The notes: generated from the sequence alone by a model not told the origin. DNA of 64,000 bases from Pseudomonadota bacterium (GCA_043823065.1 JBDRBB010000010.1:192001-256000); one strand, 5' to 3'. Shown: positions 1 to 9,140, numbered from the stretch's first letter. A program made the numbers and translations.

Positions 1-1
1 C

Positions 2-706
2 ATAGGGAAAAGTGATTCTGCCATGGCGGTATGGGAGCAAAGAAGAATTAAAATTGATGGAGACATGATTGAATTCATGGACAATATAGAGGCCAATCAT
101 TTGCAAGGAGAATTATCTAGCTGGGATTCCAGCACGGAGCAGGAACTTACTGATACCGAGCTAGGTGCTTTGCATCCACAAGTAGCTGGTGATGGTAAAG
201 GTAATTATTTAACAGTTTGGATACAATCAGATGGAACTCGTGATAGAGCTTATGCCAGATATTTTAAGTCAGAAACTAATGCGTGGGAGTCTTCTGCTAA
301 ATCACTGGATAATGGTTCAAGTCATGCCAAGTCAATTCAAATTGCCATGAATAATATTGGGGATGCGGTAGCGTTGTGGGCTCAGGATGACCGGATTTGG
401 GCCAGAAGATATATTGCTGACACGGGCTGGGAAGCAGCAGCGCTAAAAATAGATCAGGGCTCACAACCAGCCAAAGATCCAAAAGTGGCGCTTGATGATG
501 AGGGAAATATTATTGCCACTTGGGTTCAAGACGATGATATTTGGATTAATCGCTATAGTGTTCGGGATGGTTCTTGGCATACAGAACAAAATATTGATGA
601 TCATGATGCTGTAGCCAGTTTACCCACAATTGCCATGAACAGCCAAGGACAGGCTATTCTAGCTTGGGTTAGAGCAGGCAATATTTTGGCCAAAATGTTT
701 AAATGA
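2..706 (+). CDS. 5'-truncated beta-propeller-type repeat protein (PQVAxDxxGNxxxVW repeats)
   Basis: The frame is open from the window start. Repeats PQVAGDGKGNYLTVW, IQIAMNNIGDAVALW, PKVALDDEGNIIATW and PTIAMNSQGQAILAW are the same type as in 58610..60283. Confidence 0.7.
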   Translation: MGKSDSAMAVWEQRRIKIDGDMIEFMDNIEANHLQGELSSWDSSTEQELTDTELGALHPQVAGDGKGNYLTVWIQSDGTRDRAYARYFKSETNAWESSAKSLDNGSSHAKSIQIAMNNIGDAVALWAQDDRIWARRYIADTGWEAAALKIDQGSQPAKDPKVALDDEGNIIATWVQDDDIWINRYSVRDGSWHTEQNIDDHDAVASLPTIAMNSQGQAILAWVRAGNILAKMFK

Positions 707-723
707 TTGTCATCTATAGCTTA

Positions 724-1665
724 CTAAAACTCCTCAAACTGTTTTTCTGTTTCTTCTTCTGGAATATCTGTCTTATCTTCAGTTTCTTCTTCTGGTAAAT
801 CAGATAAAACTGGCTCTGGTTCAGTTGCCTTAAATTTTTCCTGTTGTTGTTGAATAGTTTCTGTAGGGTAAGAAGTTGGCTCTGGTTCTTCAGGAGTTTT
901 TATTTCCTGTTTTTCTTTTTGCTTTTGATTGATCAACCCAATCTTATTTTTGGCTTGTAAGGCTTCGGCTGAAGCAGGAAATTCTTTTTCCACTTTTTCA
1001 TAAAAGACTTTGGACTCTTCAAACAGGCCCATTTCGTAAAAACAGTCGCCCTGTTTTTTCAGCGCAGTAATGCCTTTTTCATGTTGCTCAGATTTATTTA
1101 TTACATTTTGGAATTCCTTAATTGCTCTTTTAAAATCTTTTACTGCATAAAAGCATTCGCCAATCCAAAATTGAGCGTTAATCATCAAAGAACTTTTGGG
1201 AAATTTTTTAATAAAACTTTGAAAAGTTGCTGCCGCACCTAAATATTCGCCAGCATTAAATTTATCCAAACCTTTTTGATAAAGTTCACCTTCATTGGCA
1301 ATATCAGGAGCCACTTTTTTCAAAGCAGCTGTTATTTGGGTGGAAAAAATTTCTAAACGATCTTCAATAGATGTTAACCGGTGTTCTAAATCTGAAATCA
1401 TGCGTTCCAAATCCTGGCGCTGCACAGAGACCATGTGTCGATTGGCATCTACAGCTCCTTTAAGGGCTTTAAATTCCTCTTGTACCGTATGGGAATTGGC
1501 AATGGCGCTGGCCACCTCAGCATTATTTTTAAAATAAGTGCGCTGAATTGATTCCAGACGTTTTTCTAAATCAGTGATTCTAGTATCAGCTGATTCAGCC
1601 CAAAGACGCGGGCCTATAAGACTAAAAGTTAGCATTAACGATAGGAAAAAAATCTGTTTTTTCAT
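724..1665 (-). CDS. cpoB: Tol-Pal system TPR protein CpoB/YbgF
   Basis: Signal peptide (MKKQIFF...), coiled coil, then TPRs (YQKGL..F...Y..A...F..F..KFPKS..NAQFWIGECFY). Lies directly downstream of pal. Start placed at MKKQ. Confidence 0.85.
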   Translation of the reverse strand: MKKQIFFLSLMLTFSLIGPRLWAESADTRITDLEKRLESIQRTYFKNNAEVASAIANSHTVQEEFKALKGAVDANRHMVSVQRQDLERMISDLEHRLTSIEDRLEIFSTQITAALKKVAPDIANEGELYQKGLDKFNAGEYLGAAATFQSFIKKFPKSSLMINAQFWIGECFYAVKDFKRAIKEFQNVINKSEQHEKGITALKKQGDCFYEMGLFEESKVFYEKVEKEFPASAEALQAKNKIGLINQKQKEKQEIKTPEEPEPTSYPTETIQQQQEKFKATEPEPVLSDLPEEETEDKTDIPEEETEKQFEEF

Positions 1666-1680
1666 AAGCGCCTCGTATAA

Positions 1681-1717
1681 AAAAGACCACAAAGCTCATT
1701 AGAACTTGTGGTCTTTT
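1681..1717 (-). terminator. Hairpin / probable intrinsic terminator between pal and cpoB
   Basis: Inverted repeat AAAAGACCACAA...TTGTGGTCTTTT. Confidence 0.5.
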
Positions 1718-1737
1718 CTGGATTTAAAAATTAGAGC

Positions 1738-2166
1738 TTATTGTTTGCCAACAAACTCATCCCGACGATTTTTCCACCAGCAACTTTCATTGCTTTCTGT
1801 ACAAAGAGGTCTTTCTTCACCATAGCTAATAGTGCTGATTCTGCCGCTATCTACACCCATATTAGTCATATATCTTTTAGCTGAATTGGCTCGGCGTTCA
1901 CCCAAAGCGATATTATATTCAATTGAACCGCGTTCATCGCAATGTCCTTCAACGGTCAAAGAAGCTTTGGAACGATCCATCATCCATTGAGTATTAGATT
2001 TCATGGTAGGTTCCCATTCTGGTTTAATATTTGACTTATCAAAGTCAAAATGGATTCTTTGCAGGCCACTTTCTTTTGAAGCTGTTTCTGACTTCTTCCT
2101 GGCGCAACCAAAACCGAAATTTGCGGCTATTGCTGCCACTAAAACTAAAAATACTACTTTTCTCAT
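1738..2166 (-). CDS. pal: Peptidoglycan-associated lipoprotein Pal
   Basis: Lipobox FGC; motifs IHFDFDKS, VEGHCDERGS.EYNIALGERRA, ISYGEERP and NRR. Confidence 0.95.
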   Translation of the reverse strand: MRKVVFLVLVAAIAANFGFGCARKKSETASKESGLQRIHFDFDKSNIKPEWEPTMKSNTQWMMDRSKASLTVEGHCDERGSIEYNIALGERRANSAKRYMTNMGVDSGRISTISYGEERPLCTESNESCWWKNRRDEFVGKQ

Positions 2167-2287
2167 ATTGCCCCCTATGTAAAAAAATTGGTTTTATCAG
2201 GATATTTTTTTTTGAAAATTATGGTAAGGTTGATAAAATGTCAAGCAGTACTTGTCAGTTTAACCTTTTTAAGTTAGAGCTATCCTC

Positions 2288-2668
2288 ATGTATCACAAAA
2301 TTGTTGTTATAGACCAGTCACGTTTAGCCCTTAATATGTATAGGCTTTTGCTTAAAGAGGAAAAAGCCAATTTTTTAGTGGCCAGCAGCTATCAAGATGC
2401 CAGACCCTGGTTTTTTAATCCAGGTAAGATTGATTTAGTTATAATTAATTCAAACATCTTTGGCTCAAAGTTTGATATAATTTATGAACAGCTTTTAGCA
2501 GACGAACCTTTAGATAAGTTACCCAAGCTTTTTATTTATCAAGAGCAGGAAAATGAGAGACAAAAAAAACTGCAGATGGTGTCTAAAGCATGGTTCCTCA
2601 AACGGCCTTTTCATCCAGATGAATTTTTGAAAATTAGCTTGAATATATTGAAGGCAAAGAAGAAATAG
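2288..2668 (+). CDS. Atypical stand-alone receiver-domain protein
   Basis: Receiver-like pattern KIVVID...DLVII...FLKRPF..EF. The phospho-acceptor position reads N rather than D. Confidence 0.65.
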   Translation: MYHKIVVIDQSRLALNMYRLLLKEEKANFLVASSYQDARPWFFNPGKIDLVIINSNIFGSKFDIIYEQLLADEPLDKLPKLFIYQEQENERQKKLQMVSKAWFLKRPFHPDEFLKISLNILKAKKK

Positions 2669-2670
2669 TT

Positions 2671-2736
2671 GTTCTCGACAAGCTCGAACAATAATATACT
2701 TTGAGCAAATATAATATGCATCGAGCGAAGTCGAGA
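2671..2736. repeat. Palindromic REP-like element (family C: TCGACAAGCTC / GAGC..GTCGA)
   Basis: TTCTCGACAAGCTCGA...TCGAGCGAAGTCGAGA; relatives at 29563, 40511 and 62401. Confidence 0.6.
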
Positions 2737-2748
2737 AGCAGAAAAACT

Positions 2749-3075
2749 ATGAATAACAAAACTGGACAGGAAAAAAGATTATATCCGCGAAAAGCCATGC
2801 ATACCCAGGTGATTTTTGAAGATGAATTTGGCCAAGGCTTGTTTTATGTTTATTCTAGGGATATAAGCTTAGGTGGGCTTTTTTTGGAATCTGCCATACC
2901 TTTGCGTTTGGGGACCTTGCTTTTATTATCTTTTAATTTGCCGGAAATTTCAGAACCTATACGGGTTACAGGTGAAGCTATTCGTGTTTCCTATCCAGAA
3001 CCAGGCATGGGCATTCGTTTTATAGATTTACCAAACAAAGAAAGCCTACTTTTAGAAAAATATATAGAAAGCTGA
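2749..3075 (+). CDS. PilZ-domain protein
   Basis: EKRLYPR (RxxxR), DISLGG (DxSxxG) and GMGIRF. The longer ORF start (2701) runs through a repeat. Confidence 0.85.
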   Translation: MNNKTGQEKRLYPRKAMHTQVIFEDEFGQGLFYVYSRDISLGGLFLESAIPLRLGTLLLLSFNLPEISEPIRVTGEAIRVSYPEPGMGIRFIDLPNKESLLLEKYIES

Positions 3076-3083
3076 CGATATTG

Positions 3084-3575
3084 TTACTTTTTCTTAGTTT
3101 TCTTGGCTGAAAGGTTTTTAATAACCTGATCATGTTCGCGCAATTTTTGTTCTAAAGAATTTAGCTTAGAATGCAGAGATTTTAATTCAGTCTGGACATG
3201 GGAAATCTGCTGAATACTTTCTACAGCAGGTTTGACTTTGCCATCCACAAAATTTCTCACACTTTCCAGTTCTCTCGCTCCAGAGACAAAAGTTTTTTGC
3301 ATAATATCTTTTATAGCCTCTCCACCACTTTGAATAAGCTGCTTAAAAGTGTTGATGGGTAAAGCGTTTGTTTTCTTTTTTTGTTCTTCTAAAATGATTT
3401 GGGCTAAGGTGACAGCAGTTAGATCTTCTTGGGTGTGATTATCAATCACTTCAACATCATCCCCCATCTTAATCATATCGCTGATATCTTCTAATGTTAC
3501 ATAACAGGAATCTTGAGTATCATATAATTTACGATTTTGATAGCGTTTTATTATACGAGATTTTTTATTGGTCAT
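3084..3575 (-). CDS. PhaR-like PHA synthesis regulator DNA-binding protein
   Basis: IIKRYQNRKLYDT..SCYVTLEDI...DLT..TLAQII.E. Confidence 0.85.
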   Translation of the reverse strand: MTNKKSRIIKRYQNRKLYDTQDSCYVTLEDISDMIKMGDDVEVIDNHTQEDLTAVTLAQIILEEQKKKTNALPINTFKQLIQSGGEAIKDIMQKTFVSGARELESVRNFVDGKVKPAVESIQQISHVQTELKSLHSKLNSLEQKLREHDQVIKNLSAKKTKKK

Positions 3576-3946
3576 GCTTTTTCCCTTTTGATCTTTTTAG
3601 TAACTCTTTTTTTATTCCGTACAGTTTTTGTTTGTTTTGGTTTTGGACGCTTAGCGCTTTCCTGGCGCATTTCATCTTCCAGTGTGTCGCAAAAACCTTT
3701 GATAATTTTGGTAGTGGTTTCTCTGACAAAGGATTCTTTGCTCATGCTGGTGCCCAAATCCTTAGCTATGCAGATTCCTTTGTTGAGTAAATTAACCATG
3801 TAAGGATGTTTATGACATTCACTGGTAGCTTCTACATAGCTTTTGCAAAATTTTAACATGCCTTCAGCTGCTTTAAGCAGTTCATGACCAGCAATAAAAA
3901 TATGGGCCTTGGTTTCAGTCAGATCAGGTGGTTGCTGTTTTCTCAT
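3572..3946 (-). CDS. Hypothetical protein
   Basis: 124-aa ORF with a 4-nt overlap to the downstream gene. Confidence 0.6.
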   Translation of the reverse strand: MRKQQPPDLTETKAHIFIAGHELLKAAEGMLKFCKSYVEATSECHKHPYMVNLLNKGICIAKDLGTSMSKESFVRETTTKIIKGFCDTLEDEMRQESAKRPKPKQTKTVRNKKRVTKKIKREKA

Positions 3947-4077
3947 TTTTTCTTTTTCCTCCGAAAAATGCCAAGTGGAGAAGCTTCACGAACTCCCACT
4001 ATAACGGCAAAGGTTAAGACAGTTAAAATAATTTCGGCTAATCCAAAATTAGTAAAAAATTCTGAAAAAGTTGGCAT
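3943..4077 (-). CDS. Small single-TM membrane protein (44 aa; weakly TatA/B-like N-terminus)
   Basis: Translated by hand: MPTFSEFFTNFGLAEIILTVLTFAVIVGVREASPLGIFRRKKKK. ATGA overlap with the next gene. Not in the ORF track. Confidence 0.5.
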   Translation of the reverse strand: MPTFSEFFTNFGLAEIILTVLTFAVIVGVREASPLGIFRRKKKK

Positions 4078-4102
4078 AAATGTATGCTAGCCAATTAAAA
4101 GA

Positions 4103-4537
4103 TTAATGTCCAGAGCTACTCTTTAGGCTATATGCATTGGGCACTGTTTTATCTTGGTCTTTGAAGTGCAAATAAAGCAAGATAATGTTGACATGCACCG
4201 TAAGCGCTAGAAAAAACATCGCGATAAATAGCCAGATGATGTTGGTGAAAAAAATAAATAACCAGGTCATAATAGCCAGGGTATAAGATGTGGAGATCAT
4301 GGCTTTTTGAAATTGCAGACCAATACCAAAATTGCGGGCCTGGTTGGGATACCAAGACCAAATTGCGCAAAAACGGGTAAATAAATAAATAACGCAAATA
4401 ATTAAGCAGAGTATAGAACTAGCCAGGGAAAGCTTGCCTGCAAAGTATTGCCAAATAATGACGCCAAGGCCTGCTACTCCCAAACCCTCCATCAGACGGA
4501 CCATAAAGCAATTGCGGGAAAAAAAGAATTTTAACAT
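4103..4537 (-). CDS. Hypothetical integral membrane protein
   Basis: 144 aa with about 4 hydrophobic segments. Confidence 0.65.
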   Translation of the reverse strand: MLKFFFSRNCFMVRLMEGLGVAGLGVIIWQYFAGKLSLASSILCLIICVIYLFTRFCAIWSWYPNQARNFGIGLQFQKAMISTSYTLAIMTWLFIFFTNIIWLFIAMFFLALTVHVNIILLYLHFKDQDKTVPNAYSLKSSSGH

Positions 4538-4603
4538 AAGGAAAACCTCTTACCTCATGCATAAACAATTGCCAACCGCTAAATATCGCGTTACAATGTC
4601 TAG

Positions 4604-5983
4604 GTGAAACTGCAATTCTTAGGAGCCACAGGAACAGTAACAGGTTCAAAGTTTCTTTTGGCCACAAATAATCGTTCTTGGTTAATTGAATGCGGCCTTT
4701 TTCAGGGTTTAAAAGAATTGCGCCAAAGAAACTGGCGCGAGCTGCCTTTTGATGAAAAAACCCTGGAAGCTGTTATCTTAACCCATGCCCATATTGATCA
4801 TTCTGGCTTCTTGCCAGTATTAACCAAAAGAGGTTTTAGAGGCAATGTTTTAGCCTCCAGATCCACAGTAGAGCTATGCAAGGTGCTTCTGCCAGATGCT
4901 GGCTATCTGCAAGAGGAAGATACGCGGTTTGCTGCTAAAAAGGGTTTTTCTAAACATAGCCCACCACTACCTTTATATACTTATGCAGATGCCATTGAAT
5001 CCTTAAAATATCTTAAGCCCATTCCAGATCGGCAGTGGTATCAACTAGCAGAAAATATGAGGTTGATGCTCAGGCCAGCTGGGCATATTTTAGGTTCGCG
5101 TTTTATCAATATTTCAGTTGATGAAGACAAACGACATTTTAATATTCTTTTTGCTGGAGATATTGGCGGCTATGATGCCTTAATTGCGGTTGATCCTGGG
5201 CAAGTGAAATCAGTGACCTATTTGGTTATGGAAGCAACTTATGGTGATCGTTTGCATGAAGAAGAAGATGTATACACCCGCTTTGAAAAAATTATTAACA
5301 AAACTATAAACAGGGGAGGAAAGGTTGTAATTCCAGCTTTTGCGGTTGGTCGCACCCAAGAAGTCTTATATATTTTACGCAAACTGGAAAAACAAAAACG
5401 ACTGCTGGACGTGCCAATTTATCTTAATAGCCCTCTAGCCATTGATGCCACTGGCGTTTACACCAGTTTTATGGAAGAGCATAATTTTTTTAATGGTGAT
5501 AGCACATCTGAGGAAGTGTTTCGACCAAGCAGACTACAAATGGTGCATGATTCTCAAGATTCCAAACAGCTAAATAATCTAAAAGAGCCGGCAATTATTG
5601 TTTCTTCTTCAGGCATGATGACTGGCGGCAGAATTTTACATCATCTTAAAGCATATTTGCCAGACCCCAGAACAACTTTAGTTATCACAGGTTTTCAGGC
5701 TGAAGGCACACGTGGCCGGGCAATTTTGGACGGAGCCAAATCAGTAAAAATTCACGGCGAGGCAGTTCCAGTTAATGCGGAAATTGAATTTGTGGAATCC
5801 TTGTCAGCGCATGGTGATTGGAAAGATATTTTGCGCTGGCTAAAGGGGTTTGAAACTCCGCCTAAGATGACTTTTTTGGTGCACGGAGAAAAAGAATCTT
5901 TAGAGAATTTAAAAGCCAAGATTGAAAATGAATTAAAGTGGAAGGTCACTATTCCGGTTTACGCCCAAAAATTTGATTTATAG
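4604..5983 (+). CDS. MBL-fold / beta-CASP ribonuclease (YSH1-like)
   Basis: FLGATGTVTGS, LTHAHIDHSG, AGHILGS, EATYGDR, PAFAVGRTQE, SAHGD and VHGE. Confidence 0.92.
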   Translation: MKLQFLGATGTVTGSKFLLATNNRSWLIECGLFQGLKELRQRNWRELPFDEKTLEAVILTHAHIDHSGFLPVLTKRGFRGNVLASRSTVELCKVLLPDAGYLQEEDTRFAAKKGFSKHSPPLPLYTYADAIESLKYLKPIPDRQWYQLAENMRLMLRPAGHILGSRFINISVDEDKRHFNILFAGDIGGYDALIAVDPGQVKSVTYLVMEATYGDRLHEEEDVYTRFEKIINKTINRGGKVVIPAFAVGRTQEVLYILRKLEKQKRLLDVPIYLNSPLAIDATGVYTSFMEEHNFFNGDSTSEEVFRPSRLQMVHDSQDSKQLNNLKEPAIIVSSSGMMTGGRILHHLKAYLPDPRTTLVITGFQAEGTRGRAILDGAKSVKIHGEAVPVNAEIEFVESLSAHGDWKDILRWLKGFETPPKMTFLVHGEKESLENLKAKIENELKWKVTIPVYAQKFDL

Positions 5984-7412
5984 CTTTTCTTGTGCCCAGC
6001 TTAAAGCTATTTTCCAAAAACTTAAGCAAACTCTCATCTCCATTCGACAAAATATAATCGCAAGTGGAAGATAGCACAGAATCAAAGTGAAGATTGATTC
6101 CCTTGATATTACCCAAAAGTCTTTTTAAGGACTTGTCCGTAGCTTTTAGGTATTTTTCACCCGCAAATTTTTCTTGAGCAAAGGGAGTTCCTGGTTTGGG
6201 CACAAAATGAGCAATGGTCAGGGTTAGCGAGGAGCCTTTGGCAATTTTCTTAATTTGTTTGCCAAGTGTAGCAATGGCTTCAATATCAGCAGGGGTTTCA
6301 TTAGGCAAGCCAATCATAAAATAAAGACGCAAATTTTTGAGTCCAACTTTGTTTAAGAGATTAACTGTTTCCAATAATTTTTGGTTGGAAAACCTTTTTC
6401 CTAAACTGGCCCGCAATTCTTCACTGGCTGCTTCTACACCTAAGCTAATTGATTTTTGACCTGTTTCAGCCAAGAGCTTGACGACATTTTCCTCAATAGC
6501 TTCCACTCTTAAAGAGGAAGGTGAGAAGGCGCCGCCTTTTTTCAGAATTAATTGGGCTATGGCAAAAAAATCTCGATGAGCAATAAGATCACCACTAATT
6601 AAACCAAATTTTTTGCGGAATTTTAATCCTTGCTCAATCATTTGCGAGATACATTTAAGATTGCGCATTCTAAATGGTGCATACAAGTTAGGTGTGGCGC
6701 AATATTTACATTTTCTAGGACAGCCGCGGCTCAGTTCCATTAAGTGCATATCCCCAAATTCAGCTTGTTGGCTGTAGATCACAGTTTGGGTAGGGTATTT
6801 GTTTAGGTCTTTTACGAAGTGTTTATGGTATATCAGGCAGTCATCCCCGCGTGTTTGTTTGTCATCCCCGCGAAGGCGGGGATCTAGCATTTTATTTCTG
6901 ACTGGATTCCCGCTTGCGCGGGAATGACAAGTAGTGATTACATCTACCAAAACCTCTTCAGCCTCTCCTAGCACAAAGGCATCAAATATCTCAGCCAAAG
7001 GCTTGGGGTTCATGGTGACCGCAGCCCCGCCAGCCAAAAGCCAGGGCTGATCAGCACCTCTTTTGCTGTGCCTATGCTCAATTTTTGCTAAATCTAGAAT
7101 TGGTAAAATGTTTAAAAAATCATTTTGAAAAGAAATGGAAAAAGCCACAATATCAAAATCAGAAAGCGGTCTTTGCGATTCCAGGGTCAGCAAAGCTTTT
7201 TCATTTTTTTCTGGCAAAAATGCGCGCTCACAAACAATTTGAGGATCTTCATTTAGTATTTTGTAGATAGTATGAACAGCTAAATTACCCATGCCCACTT
7301 GATAGGTGTTGGGAAAAACCAGGGCCACAGAGATTTTTCCGCCCCAGTCTTTTTTTATGTAGCCTTGCTCCTGTTCCAGGATTTTTTTATGTTTGAGAAT
7401 TTGGGCCCACAT
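5949..7412 (-). CDS. Radical SAM protein (B12-binding-domain / TIGR03960-like)
   Basis: RGCPRKCKYC (CxxxCxxC), FPNTYQVGM, YFMIGLPNET and PKPGTPF. Carries an in-frame palindromic insert. Confidence 0.85.
   Translation of the reverse strand: MWAQILKHKKILEQEQGYIKKDWGGKISVALVFPNTYQVGMGNLAVHTIYKILNEDPQIVCERAFLPEKNEKALLTLESQRPLSDFDIVAFSISFQNDFLNILPILDLAKIEHRHSKRGADQPWLLAGGAAVTMNPKPLAEIFDAFVLGEAEEVLVDVITTCHSRASGNPVRNKMLDPRLRGDDKQTRGDDCLIYHKHFVKDLNKYPTQTVIYSQQAEFGDMHLMELSRGCPRKCKYCATPNLYAPFRMRNLKCISQMIEQGLKFRKKFGLISGDLIAHRDFFAIAQLILKKGGAFSPSSLRVEAIEENVVKLLAETGQKSISLGVEAASEELRASLGKRFSNQKLLETVNLLNKVGLKNLRLYFMIGLPNETPADIEAIATLGKQIKKIAKGSSLTLTIAHFVPKPGTPFAQEKFAGEKYLKATDKSLKRLLGNIKGINLHFDSVLSSTCDYILSNGDESLLKFLENSFKLGTRKAINQIFGRKPE
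6840..6929. repeat. REP-like element family A (ATTCCC-N8-GGGAAT, dRS3-like) inside the radical SAM CDS
   Basis: GTCATCCCCGCGAAGGCGGGGATC...GGATTCCCGCTTGCGCGGGAATGAC. Confidence 0.85.
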
Positions 7413-7421
7413 TATTTTATT

Positions 7422-7569
7422 AAATTTCTAAATCCTAATGACCTAAATTCTAAACAATTTCAAATTACCAAAATTCAAATTTTCAAAATAGTTAATATAC
7501 AATGTTTTGGTCATTTGAACATTTGACATTAGATATTGTTTAGAAATTAGGGTTTCGATATTAGGGTTT
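7422..7569. repeat. AT-rich inverted-repeat element family E (7-mer units)
   Basis: AAATCCTAATGACCTAAATTCTAAACAAT...ATTGTTTAGAAATTAGG; copies at 38944, 52779 and 63962. Confidence 0.8.
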
Positions 7570-8476
7570 ATAGAGTTAAACTCATTCCTTCTCTTGCCAA
7601 TTCCACTTCTAATTTTAGTTTTTCTTTCCTAATAAATTTTCGCGCTTCTGTTTTGAGCTTATCCAAGTCTTTATCTGTGGCGCCTGGATCATAATGAAAC
7701 ATGATCAGTTTTTTAATACCAGCTTGGCTAGCTAACCTAATAGGATAAGTAAAAGGACTATGTCCCCAGCCGATTTTGGTTTTATATTGTTCTGGCGTGT
7801 ACTGGGCATCATGGATCAAAACATCTGTGTCTTGCAACCAGGGAGTAAGTGATTTTTCCAGTTGGGGAATTGGTTCGTTGTCGCTGATATGCACCAAGGT
7901 TTTGCCGCTGGGTAGATGAAATTTAAAGGCATAAGAGCCGTCTGGGTGATTGCATCTAAAGGTCTGCACTTTTATCTTATCGATATGTAAACCGCGCGCT
8001 GGCATGGATTTGAAGTTTAAGCTTGCTGGCACAGAAAGGATGCTAATTGGAAAATAAGGCGGACTTATCAAATTGCCTAAATAGTAATGTAGATCAGAAC
8101 CAGAAAATTCCGGGCTGATTATGGTAAAGGAATTATGTTTGTTATAAAGCGGTTCAAAAAAAGGTAAGCCAATTACATGATCAAAATGGATGTGGGATAA
8201 AAGGATAGTTGCTTTCAGGTTACCCTCACCCCAACCCTCTCCCCTCGAGGAAGAGGGGGAACTGTTTCCTTTTTCCCTCCCCCTTGAGGGGGGAGGGCCA
8301 GGGAGGGGGTGATAATGTTCACCCAGTGCCCGAATTCCAGTACCAGCATCACAAATAATAACGGTTTTATCATATTTGATTTCCAAACACGGCGTATTTC
8401 CGCCATATTTGGCTGTTTGCGGCCCAGCAGAAGCCAGCGAACCCCGCACTCCCCAGAATTTAATTTTGGTTTTCAT
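7568..8476 (-). CDS. MBL-fold metallo-hydrolase (RNase Z / cyclic nucleotide phosphodiesterase-like)
   Basis: FWGVRGS, YGGNTPC, DAGTG, SHIHFDHVIGLPFF, HDAQY, GHS and FHYDP. Start placed at MKTKIKF. Confidence 0.88.
   Translation of the reverse strand: MKTKIKFWGVRGSLASAGPQTAKYGGNTPCLEIKYDKTVIICDAGTGIRALGEHYHPLPGPPPSRGREKGNSSPSSSRGEGWGEGNLKATILLSHIHFDHVIGLPFFEPLYNKHNSFTIISPEFSGSDLHYYLGNLISPPYFPISILSVPASLNFKSMPARGLHIDKIKVQTFRCNHPDGSYAFKFHLPSGKTLVHISDNEPIPQLEKSLTPWLQDTDVLIHDAQYTPEQYKTKIGWGHSPFTYPIRLASQAGIKKLIMFHYDPGATDKDLDKLKTEARKFIRKEKLKLEVELAREGMSLTL
8221..8312. repeat. C/G-rich palindromic element (family D) inside the MBL CDS
   Basis: CCCTCACCCCAACCCTCTCCC...GGGAGGGCCAGGGAGGGGGTGA, related to the repeats flanking the DUF559 gene. 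Confidence 0.8.
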
Positions 8477-8529
8477 AATAATATTTATTCTTTTTTTTCC
8501 CCTCCCTTGAGGGGAGGGGTGGCCAATTA

Positions 8530-8635
8530 TCACCCCCACCCTAACCCTCCCCCATCAAGGGGGAGGGAGGATGAATACCTCTATATTCACAATTCCCCTT
8601 CCCTTGATGGGAAGGGGTTAGGGGAAGGGTGATCC
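8530..8635. repeat. 106-bp palindromic element family D, copy 1
   Basis: Identical by eye to 8968..9073, in direct orientation. Confidence 0.9.
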
Positions 8636-8964
8636 TTACAAGCTTTTAGAATTACCTCCAACACACCCTCAATATTTTGGAGTACTTCATTATTCCAAAA
8701 TCTCAAGACATTATAACCTTCTTTTTTTAACCATTCATCTCTAACATTATCTGTGGGCTTTTGCAATGTATGTTGGCCACCATCACATTCTATGATTACC
8801 TTTGTTTCATAACAAACAAAATCAACAATGTAATTTCCAATTGGTTCTTGTCTGCGAAATTTAAAACCTTGCAAGTTTTTTGAACGAAGCTTTCTCCAAA
8901 GAAATCTTTCAGTATCAGTAGAATCTTTGCGGAGTTGTTTGGCAAATTTTGTTAAAGGTTTCAT
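8587..8964 (-). CDS. DUF559 / Vsr-like endonuclease
   Basis: AKQLRK.ST.TE..LW..LR, KFRRQEPIGNYIVDF, IECDGGQH, RDEWL and VLRFWNNEV. Confidence 0.92.
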   Translation of the reverse strand: MKPLTKFAKQLRKDSTDTERFLWRKLRSKNLQGFKFRRQEPIGNYIVDFVCYETKVIIECDGGQHTLQKPTDNVRDEWLKKEGYNVLRFWNNEVLQNIEGVLEVILKACKDHPSPNPFPSREGEL

Positions 8965-8967
8965 AGG

Positions 8968-9073
8968 TCACCCCCACCCTAACCCTCCCCCATCAAGGGG
9001 GAGGGAGGATGAATACCTCTATATTCACAATTCCCCTTCCCTTGATGGGAAGGGGTTAGGGGAAGGGTGATCC
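8968..9073. repeat. 106-bp palindromic element family D, copy 2
   Basis: Direct repeat of 8530..8635. Confidence 0.9.
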
Positions 9074-9085
9074 ATTGTCAAATAA

Positions 9086-9120
9086 AAAAAGCCGCTCAAG
9101 TTATACTCAAGCGGCTTTTT
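9086..9120 (-). terminator. Probable intrinsic terminator after the 921-aa gene
   Basis: AAAAAGCCGCT...AGCGGCTTTTT. Confidence 0.6.
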
Positions 9121-9140
9121 AAGTTAAGTTAAATTACTAA

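Noticed and set aside
8215..8632. ORFs 8215..8406 and 8309..8632, and the N-terminal extension of 7568..8539
   Set aside because: These are translations of family D repeats or antisense frames.
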